A stretch of 64,000 nt of DNA from a virus. Its lineage: Duplodnaviria > Caudoviricetes. The notes beneath the pieces were generated by a model that saw only the letters and a list, made by a program, of their open reading frames with translations, was not told the origin of the DNA and did not search any database. The position numbers and the translations under genes are program-made. This document shows positions 57,124-64,000 of this stretch, piece after piece (within the stretch, counting starts at the first letter, position 1; the number at the start of each line of letters is the position of its first letter). The stretch covers positions 313-64,312 of IMG/VR virus record IMGVR_UViG_3300020577_013547. One strand, written 5' to 3'.

Positions 57124-57165
57124 TGTCATTGGGACATACACTCAACACCCTGAAAGGAGCTTACC

Positions 57166-57318
<153 letters not shown>

Positions 57319-57319
57319 A

Positions 57320-57382
57320 GCCGAAACACAGGGTCGCACGGCCCTGTGTAGCGTGGAGCTTACCTACCACGCCTGATGAGGC
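57320..57382 (+). ncRNA. Hammerhead ribozyme 12, GUA triplet, cut after 57350
   Basis: gcc GAAAC [acagggtc/ggccctgt] GTA [gcgtgg/ccacgc] CTGATGA ggc. Confidence 0.9.
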
Positions 57383-57404
57383 AGGTCCCTCGACGGAGAG
57401 TGCA

Positions 57405-58016
57405 ATGAGCCTCAAGGACGACTTCTGCAATGCAGTCGCCAAGGGCTTGAGTGCAGTGGGCATCGAAGCGTCGTATGCTAACGATACGCTCACTGTGATC
57501 AAAGTCCCAATTCCAGTTAACGGCTATGCATACACGCGTGGCCGGAGGCGAATCACCAATCGCTTCTACGTCAACATCCGAGGCCACTACTACAACCGTC
57601 TCGACGAGACGGATGCCTGTGCCGAGATGCTGGTGCGAGAGCTGCCAGACATCATGAAGCGCCGCGAGTCGCTCGACAAGACGGCTGACCTTCGCTGGTA
57701 CCGCGGCGTGCTCATGGCAGGGCGAGATGCAACCTTGCACCCAGACGAGCTGTCCAAGGACCTTCGAGTGACGCTCAAGGACGGCAAGCTCATCATTTCC
57801 ATGGCCACTGACAATCGCCAGAAGGCACAGCGAGCACTTGAGCTGCTGCACATGCTCGACAACAAGGACTCGCTCGACAGCGAGGCAAATGCACTCTTCC
57901 GTGCGATCATCGAGTCACCATGGCAGGCACCAGTCTACGCGGACTGGCTCGAAGATCGCGGCGAGTACGAACGAGCTGAAGCCATTCGCAACTACCTGGA
58001 GGCACCGCAGCAATGA
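57405..58016 (+). CDS. Early protein with C-terminal TIGR02996-like domain
   Basis: LFRAIIESP..VYADWLEDRGEYERAEAIR. Confidence 0.65.
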   Translation: MSLKDDFCNAVAKGLSAVGIEASYANDTLTVIKVPIPVNGYAYTRGRRRITNRFYVNIRGHYYNRLDETDACAEMLVRELPDIMKRRESLDKTADLRWYRGVLMAGRDATLHPDELSKDLRVTLKDGKLIISMATDNRQKAQRALELLHMLDNKDSLDSEANALFRAIIESPWQAPVYADWLEDRGEYERAEAIRNYLEAPQQ

Positions 58017-58222
58017 ACCCGTACCACAAGCAACTGAGCCACGAGACGTTTCAGCAGTTCGTCTCCCGCATCAACTGCGGCGCGACGATCATGGAGATGC
58101 CTGTGCAGGCAAAGACGCCGAAGCACAAGAAGCCCAAGAAGGCTAAGAAGTCCCGCCTGCACGCGGCCATGGCTCAGCTCACCGACGAAGAACGCCAAGC
58201 ACTCCTGGAGGCATTCTCGTGA
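58013..58222 (+). CDS. Hypothetical protein
   Basis: ATGA coupled. Confidence 0.5.
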   Translation: MNPYHKQLSHETFQQFVSRINCGATIMEMPVQAKTPKHKKPKKAKKSRLHAAMAQLTDEERQALLEAFS

Positions 58223-58473
58223 GCCCGAAGCGACTCCGTCGCCTCGTTGCAATGCTGACCCAGGAACAGCGCGAGCTGTTCCTGGAGTTGGCTCGCCATG
58301 AGCGCGCAAGCATCGGCGACTATGCAGTGCGCCGCAATGGCGACGAGTGGGTGCTAACTCAGCTGCACACACTGCACACATACACTGTGCTCGGCAATGC
58401 ATGCACGTGCCCCGACAACCGTTTCCGCGGCAACCGTTGCAAACACCTTCGCCTGCTGGAGCCATTGCGATGA
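58219..58473 (+). CDS. SWIM zinc-finger protein
   Basis: CTCPD..CKH. Confidence 0.75.
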   Translation: MSPKRLRRLVAMLTQEQRELFLELARHERASIGDYAVRRNGDEWVLTQLHTLHTYTVLGNACTCPDNRFRGNRCKHLRLLEPLR

Positions 58474-58829
58474 ACATCATGACATCGACAATCTACGGGC
58501 TCCTTCGCAATCCAGAGTGCCCGATCTCAGTAATTCGCGATGCTCTGCAAGAGCAAGGAGTTAGCGTGGCTAAGATCAGCATCATTGTCGGCTCGACTGG
58601 CGAGTATAGCGATTATAACACATGGCTCGTAGCGGCTTACCTGCTCAAGGAGCATGCAGATGTCGCTGCAGAGAAGCTCAATGCATGGTGCATGGAGCAT
58701 GGCTTCCACAACGGCATAGCAGACTACTCGGAGCGCCGCAGCCTCAAGCCTCCGGGTGATCCTCAGTTCAGCTGCGACTACAACGGCACGAAGTACACGG
58801 TGGAGGAGGTAGACCTGCGATGCGAGTAA
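58470..58829 (+). CDS. Hypothetical protein
   Basis: ATGA coupled. Confidence 0.5.
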   Translation: MNIMTSTIYGLLRNPECPISVIRDALQEQGVSVAKISIIVGSTGEYSDYNTWLVAAYLLKEHADVAAEKLNAWCMEHGFHNGIADYSERRSLKPPGDPQFSCDYNGTKYTVEEVDLRCE

Positions 58830-59257
58830 CGCGCCAAGAACTTCGTGACGTAATCACGGAACCAGTGGATTGGACAAAGAGCGGCCCACTGCAACTCGCC
58901 ATGGGCAGTGACCCGTGGCGAGTTGCCATCGCGAGCATGCTCTGCGTGCAGTCCCCTGGATCGCGTGCAAGGCCTGTGTTGCAGGCACTGCTTGAACGCT
59001 ATCCGACTGCCTCGCACATGGAGCAGGCCGAGGACCTCGAGGCATTGCTCGCTCCACTCGGCCTGCACCGCAATAGAGCCCGCTGGATGCAGCGGTTCAG
59101 TGCACTGTATCCACTGGATACGTGGGGTGAACTCCGCGACCTGCCGGGTGTCGGCGCATACGTGTCCGATGCGGTCGGCGTCTTCTGCCTCGGTCGCACG
59201 GACATAGAATCGAACGACGCCATTTTGCGAGGGTACATCGATGGCCGCAACGCTTAA
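58820..59257 (+). CDS. HhH-GPD DNA glycosylase (MBD4-like)
   Basis: DPWRVAIASML, YPT, LAPLGL..RA, LPGVGAY.SD. Confidence 0.8.
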   Translation: MRVTRQELRDVITEPVDWTKSGPLQLAMGSDPWRVAIASMLCVQSPGSRARPVLQALLERYPTASHMEQAEDLEALLAPLGLHRNRARWMQRFSALYPLDTWGELRDLPGVGAYVSDAVGVFCLGRTDIESNDAILRGYIDGRNA

Positions 59258-59480
59258 CGATCGGCAGAAGCAAGCCGTGGAGCTCTGGCTCGCAGCCTTG
59301 GAAGCCAAGGCGACAGCCGACAGGGCACTTGAGGCAGCTCAAGAGCAGGTGCGCAATGCATACCCACCAGCAGGCCTCTATGCATTCGGCGAGACGATCG
59401 TCAGCATCAGTGGCTCGCGGGACGCCGGTCCTCAGTACACACCTACAATTTACGCAAACGGAGTGACGCGATGCATGTAG
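59241..59480 (+). CDS. Hypothetical protein
   Basis: Coupled ORF. Confidence 0.45.
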   Translation: MAATLNDRQKQAVELWLAALEAKATADRALEAAQEQVRNAYPPAGLYAFGETIVSISGSRDAGPQYTPTIYANGVTRCM

Positions 59481-60211
59481 GTATCATCGGCGGCGGAACT
59501 GTCGGCCACGCATTGCTGACTGCATTCGCGGAGCACAACCCAGTGTCCGTGTACGACGTGGATGCAACGCGTCGCACGGCATCTTTGCCTGCTGTACTCG
59601 CCGCTGACGTGATCTTCATCTGTGTGCCGGAACGTGCGGTCGAGAGCCTCTTCGCAGAGCTTCCGCACAACCGCAACTACGTGATCAAGTCCACGGTGCC
59701 GATTGGCACTACGCGACAAATCGCTCTCACGCATCAGCGCACAGTCCACTCGCCTGAGTTCCTCACGGCGCGGTGTGCAGCACTCAATGCATCCATGCCG
59801 ACGCGGAACATCATCGGTTACACGCAGGCGCACTGGACGCATCCAGTGGAGAAGCTCTACCGCGCTCGCTGGCCACACGTGCCGCTGCTGGAGATGCAAA
59901 GCGACGCCAGCGAGGCAGTCAAGCTCATCCAGAATGCCCTGTTCGCAATGAAGGTGGCCGCTTGGAACGAGGCACGTAGCCTTTGCGACGCGCACAGCAT
60001 GGACTGGGACATCGTCCGCGAAGCCATCCTCATGGACGGTCGCATCCACCCGTCGCACACCCTGGTTCCTGGACCTGATGGCAAGCGAGGCTTCGGCGGT
60101 GCGTGCCTGCCGAAGGACTTGGCTGCATACAACGAAGCACTCAAGTCCGTCGGCCTCACTCCTCGCATGGGCTTTGCCGCACAACACTGGAGCCGCGATG
60201 CACACGATTGA
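59471..60211 (+). CDS. UDP-glucose/GDP-mannose dehydrogenase family protein
   Basis: GGGTVG, ICVP, KSTVPIG, SPEFL, EAVK, GFGGACLPKD. Confidence 0.88.
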   Translation: MHVGIIGGGTVGHALLTAFAEHNPVSVYDVDATRRTASLPAVLAADVIFICVPERAVESLFAELPHNRNYVIKSTVPIGTTRQIALTHQRTVHSPEFLTARCAALNASMPTRNIIGYTQAHWTHPVEKLYRARWPHVPLLEMQSDASEAVKLIQNALFAMKVAAWNEARSLCDAHSMDWDIVREAILMDGRIHPSHTLVPGPDGKRGFGGACLPKDLAAYNEALKSVGLTPRMGFAAQHWSRDAHD

Positions 60212-61382
60212 CCGCTGCCGCCTCTGCTCGAGCAAGGAACTCATCAGCCTGTACTCGCTCGGCGAGCAGTACGTCTCTACGTTCCTCCGCGAAGGCGAGA
60301 AGCCGCAGCACCGCTGTCCCATTGACATGGTGCTGTGCAACTACTGCTCGCTCGTGCAACTCCGCCACTCTGCTCCGCAGGAGTTGCTGTACAGCAATCA
60401 CTACTGGTACAAGAGCGGCATTACGAACTACATGCGGCAGCATCTCGCTGAGGCTGCAAAGGAGCTCGCTGGCCTCTGCAATCCAGGTGACATAGTGCTG
60501 GACATCGGCAGCAACGACGGCACGCTACTGCGAGCTTACCCACCATCGCTCCGCCGCATCGGCGTCGAGCCTGCAAACAACCTCGTCGACGAAGGCCGTA
60601 CTGGCATCGACCTGCTCATCCATGGCTTCTGGAATGCTGAGACATTCCTTCAAGCCACCGGCGGCAAGAAGGCACGCATCATCACAGCCTTCGGCATGTT
60701 CTACGACCTGGAGGATCCAGGGACATTCATTCGCGACGTTGCGCAGGCTCTCGCACCCGACGGCACCTTCGTTGCTCAGATCATGTGCCTGTGGGACATG
60801 CTGGAAGCTCGCGACGTCGGCAACATGTCGCACGAGCACCTCGAGTTCTACTCACTCAAGTCGCTGCGCTACTTGCTCAGCAAGCATGGCCTCTGCGTTG
60901 CATCCATGTCATGGAACGAGACAAACGGCGGAAGCTATCGCTTCTACATCAAGCACGGTAATGAGTGGTCGGCAGGCTTCAATCACCGTGAGTACATGGA
61001 AAGCATCTTGGAGTACCACAAGCCTGCCACGCATTGGCGATTCTACGAGGATATCTGCAGGAATCGCAAAGAGGTGCGCGAGTTCGTTGCTCCACTGGAT
61101 GCTGTGTGGGTGTACGGCGCGTCGACGAAGGGCAATGTCCTGCTCCAGTGGTACGATCTGCCAAACCTTGTTGCAGCTGCAGACAGGGCTCCATACAAGC
61201 ACGGCCTCTACACGCCGACAGGGCTTCGCATCTACGACGAGGACACTGCTCGTCTACAAGCTCGCTATTTCCTCGCACTGCCATATGCCTTCCGCGACGA
61301 GTTCCTGGAGCGCGAGAAGGCGTGGCGTGCAGCTGGCGGCAAGTTCATCTTCCCTCTACCGGAGCTCGAATGCGTGCCTTGA
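60198..61382 (+). CDS. NDP-hexose C-methyltransferase
   Basis: CRLC..CNYCSLVQL, DIGSNDG, HEHLEFYS, YGASTKGN. Confidence 0.85.
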   Translation: MHTIDRCRLCSSKELISLYSLGEQYVSTFLREGEKPQHRCPIDMVLCNYCSLVQLRHSAPQELLYSNHYWYKSGITNYMRQHLAEAAKELAGLCNPGDIVLDIGSNDGTLLRAYPPSLRRIGVEPANNLVDEGRTGIDLLIHGFWNAETFLQATGGKKARIITAFGMFYDLEDPGTFIRDVAQALAPDGTFVAQIMCLWDMLEARDVGNMSHEHLEFYSLKSLRYLLSKHGLCVASMSWNETNGGSYRFYIKHGNEWSAGFNHREYMESILEYHKPATHWRFYEDICRNRKEVREFVAPLDAVWVYGASTKGNVLLQWYDLPNLVAAADRAPYKHGLYTPTGLRIYDEDTARLQARYFLALPYAFRDEFLEREKAWRAAGGKFIFPLPELECVP

Positions 61383-62236
61383 TCCTCGGCGTCGGAGGCC
61401 AAGATGGATCGTACCTCGCCGAGGCATTGCTTCGGCGAGGCCACGACATCTACGGCACCGTGCGGCGCAACAGCGTCGGCTACCCTCGCGTGCCTGCGGG
61501 TGTGCGAGTGCTCAAGGCTGACCTCACGGACTTCGAGAGTGTGAGGCAGGCATACATGGATTCTATGCCGCATGCCGTGTTCAACGAGGCAGATCAGGAC
61601 AACGTCGACTGGAGCATTGCAACTCCGCAGCTGTCCGTCGATGTGACGTTCGGCGCCGTACTCAAGCTGCTGGACTTGTGCAAGAGCATCAAACTCTTCC
61701 AGCCAATCAGCGCTACGATATTCGGCGACAATCCAATGCCCACTCTGCTGTCTCCCCTGGATCCAGGGTCGCCGTATGCGATTGCGAAGGCAGCAGTGCT
61801 GTTGGCATGCCGCCATTACCGCAAGCTCGGAGCACACATCTGCTGCCCGATCATGTTCAACCACGACAGTCCACGCAGGGGTGCAGAGTACTTGCTTCAT
61901 CGCATCTGCAGTGGCAAGCGAATTCAGCTCTCCGATCCAGGGTTTCGTGTAGACATCGGGCATGCTCGCGACTACATGGAGCTCGCCTGCGACCTGTACG
62001 AGCATAACGTCGACGTGTTGGTTGGCACTGGTGCAACACACTCGCTCCGCGAACTCGCAGAGATCGCAGAAGCTGACGTCGAGTGGACATACACACAGTA
62101 CAGACCAGGACAAGGTGGTGCTGGCATGCTGTGCAGCACTCTCGGCCTCAAGCAACTCGGCCTAGAGCCACCGAGCCACGACATTCGGCCGCTTATCCAG
62201 GAGCTGAAGTGCAAGTACTCGACCACGGCTACGTGA
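61370..62236 (+). CDS. GDP-mannose 4,6-dehydratase-like SDR
   Basis: ILGVGGQDGSYLA, SPYAIAK, MFNHDSPRRG. Confidence 0.85.
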   Translation: MRALILGVGGQDGSYLAEALLRRGHDIYGTVRRNSVGYPRVPAGVRVLKADLTDFESVRQAYMDSMPHAVFNEADQDNVDWSIATPQLSVDVTFGAVLKLLDLCKSIKLFQPISATIFGDNPMPTLLSPLDPGSPYAIAKAAVLLACRHYRKLGAHICCPIMFNHDSPRRGAEYLLHRICSGKRIQLSDPGFRVDIGHARDYMELACDLYEHNVDVLVGTGATHSLRELAEIAEADVEWTYTQYRPGQGGAGMLCSTLGLKQLGLEPPSHDIRPLIQELKCKYSTTAT

Positions 62237-62877
62237 AGTACATCGAGCACTGGGGCAGCGATGAGCGGATCATCGAGGCCGCTCGCATGTCCACAGACAA
62301 GGGCTTCCTCGGGTGGCCTGGCGATGAGAAGCTCCTTGCCTACCTGTACAAGAATGCCCACCACACGCCATTCGAGATGGCTGGCATAGTGATCGAAGTC
62401 CAGGCACCCATCTTCGTGTTCCGCGAGTGGCATCGGCATCGCACCCAGAGCTACAACGAACTCAGCGCACGCTACACGCCGCTTCCAGACGTGAACTACA
62501 TGCCTACAGTTGAGCGGTGCATGGAGGTTCACGGCACGAACAGGCAAGCCGGTGCTGTGAAGGGCAGCGACGAAGTCAATCCACTGGTTGCTGAAGCATG
62601 GCTCAATGCGCTTCACGAGCACTATGCACGCGCAGAAGCTCTGTACCAGCGCGGCCTGCAGGCAGGCCTCCCGAAGGAAGTAGTGCGAATCGCAGTTCCA
62701 GTCGGCCGGTACAGCCGCATGCGTGCTTCTGCCAACCTCCGCAACTGGCTCGCCTTCCTCACACTCCGCATGGACAAGAAAGCTCAGTGGGAGATTCGGC
62801 AGTATGCCGATGCTGTAGGCGAGAATATCGCTCGACTCTTTCCTCGTACCTGGGAGCTGTTCTGTGCAAATCGCTGA
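62209..62877 (+). CDS. thyX: Flavin-dependent thymidylate synthase
   Basis: AARMS, HHTPFE, RHRTQSYNELSARY; GTG start with AGGAG RBS. Confidence 0.92.
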   Translation: MQVLDHGYVKYIEHWGSDERIIEAARMSTDKGFLGWPGDEKLLAYLYKNAHHTPFEMAGIVIEVQAPIFVFREWHRHRTQSYNELSARYTPLPDVNYMPTVERCMEVHGTNRQAGAVKGSDEVNPLVAEAWLNALHEHYARAEALYQRGLQAGLPKEVVRIAVPVGRYSRMRASANLRNWLAFLTLRMDKKAQWEIRQYADAVGENIARLFPRTWELFCANR

Positions 62878-63184
62878 CTTCGAGCAACTGCTGAATCGTC
62901 GCATCGAGAAGCTCAAGAGCACCTTGCTCACAAAGCGTGCCGAGTATGCTCAAGGCCGAGACGATGTGCTGCACAACCTCAAGCAGGGTGCGGCGTTCCT
63001 TCGTTGCACGCCGCAGGAATGCTTGCTCGCATACGTGACAAAGCACCTCGTCAGCATTGCTGACTTAGTGCAGTCTGGACAGCCTGTACCAGAGGCAGTT
63101 GCAGACGAGAAGCTCGGCGATGCCATCGTGTACATGGTCCTTCTGGAGGCGATCTGGAATGAAGGTAGGAACACTGGGCTATGA
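62864..63184 (+). CDS. Nucleotide-modification-associated all-alpha NTPase-like protein (DUF1599/Nmad1-like)
   Basis: KRAEYA..DVLHN..KH..D..Y pattern. Confidence 0.55.
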   Translation: MQIADFEQLLNRRIEKLKSTLLTKRAEYAQGRDDVLHNLKQGAAFLRCTPQECLLAYVTKHLVSIADLVQSGQPVPEAVADEKLGDAIVYMVLLEAIWNEGRNTGL

Positions 63185-64000
63185 CACGAGCCGCGGCCTA
63201 GGCCACCTCGTACACGACTTTCACACGCATGGCATCATCACGGATGTCTGCGTCGTGGAGCATCCAAGCATCCCGTCGAACCGCCACTGGTACCCAGGGG
63301 CACCTCGCACGAAGGCGCGCCAGCTGGACCACTCGCTCATACGGGACTTTGTACGCCAGTGCGACGTGATGCTGTTCTTTGAGACGCCGTTCGACTGGAC
63401 ACTGCTGAACTTCTGCAAGCAGCACAACGTTCGCACGTTCCTCGTCACGATGTACGAGTGCACCCAGGAGCGCCGCATCGCCGCGCCGGACGTGTACATC
63501 TGCCCGAGCGACCTCGACATGCAATATTTCCCTGGTGGCGTGCGACTGGATCTGCCGGTCGAAGTACCCTGGAAGCGTCGTGGCACAATCGAGACGTTCG
63601 TGCACAACGGTGGATACCTCGGGTTACGCGGCCGCGAAGGCACCGAGGAGCTCGCTCAGGCCATTACGATGGTACAATCTCCCGCCAAGTACAGCGTGCG
63701 GTGCCAAGAGTCTCCGTCTGTGACAGCTCAACGCATCTTCGCACGGCATCCGCGAGTGGAGTTCATATGCGAGACAGTGCCTTACGAGACGTTGCACGCC
63801 AGCGGTGAAGCACTCATCGCTCCGCAGAAGTTCAATGGGTGCAGCCTGCCGCTGCAGGAAGCCTTTGCAAGCGGCCTCGCGTGCATCACGACTCGCCGGT
63901 TTCCAATGACCCAGTGGCTGCCGAACGAGTGCATGATCCACGTCTGCCGTACTCAGCGTGCTCGCATCGGCGGAAGCTACTACGAGTTCGACGAGTCCAT
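63159..64000 (+). CDS. GT4-like glycosyltransferase, truncated by window end
   Basis: Open frame from ATG 63159 (MKVGTLGYD..GLG); PQKFNGCSLPLQEAFASG motif. Confidence 0.75.
   Translation, partial: MKVGTLGYDTSRGLGHLVHDFHTHGIITDVCVVEHPSIPSNRHWYPGAPRTKARQLDHSLIRDFVRQCDVMLFFETPFDWTLLNFCKQHNVRTFLVTMYECTQERRIAAPDVYICPSDLDMQYFPGGVRLDLPVEVPWKRRGTIETFVHNGGYLGLRGREGTEELAQAITMVQSPAKYSVRCQESPSVTAQRIFARHPRVEFICETVPYETLHASGEALIAPQKFNGCSLPLQEAFASGLACITTRRFPMTQWLPNECMIHVCRTQRARIGGSYYEFDES

Overview
The window is most of a ~64-kb tailed dsDNA phage genome (siphovirus-like, apparently circularly permuted; no integrase seen). A Planctomycetota host is inferred from a TIGR02996-like domain, CsrA and the style of the secreted proteins. 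Minus strand 1266-30335: glycosyl/methyl-transferases, tail, head-tail, a non-canonical lysis-position module with a papain-like protease, capsid, DUF2213 protease, a multi-domain MuF protein, portal and terminases. Plus strand 30426-52043: HTH and sigma regulators, repair and replication genes (ligase, helicase, primase-helicase, PolA), tRNA-Pro and a nucleotide-modification cluster. Plus strand 52287-64000 and 2-1347: early genes, then an NDP-sugar pathway. The most striking feature is not in the ORF track. The early region (52596-57382) carries 12 type II hammerhead ribozymes, 11 of them 0-13 nt after a stop codon and all 12 just ahead of a downstream gene's start, so the transcript should self-cleave into largely single-gene RNAs, each bearing complementary ribozyme halves. 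Other highlights: a 42/50 acidic peptide, a MuF-kinase-ADP-ribosyltransferase fusion punctuated by recurring Asn motifs, a dCMP-hydroxymethylase-like thymidylate synthase paralog alongside ThyX, and twin inverted 104-bp palindromic elements. All product calls come from motif recognition by eye; no database search or folding program was run.
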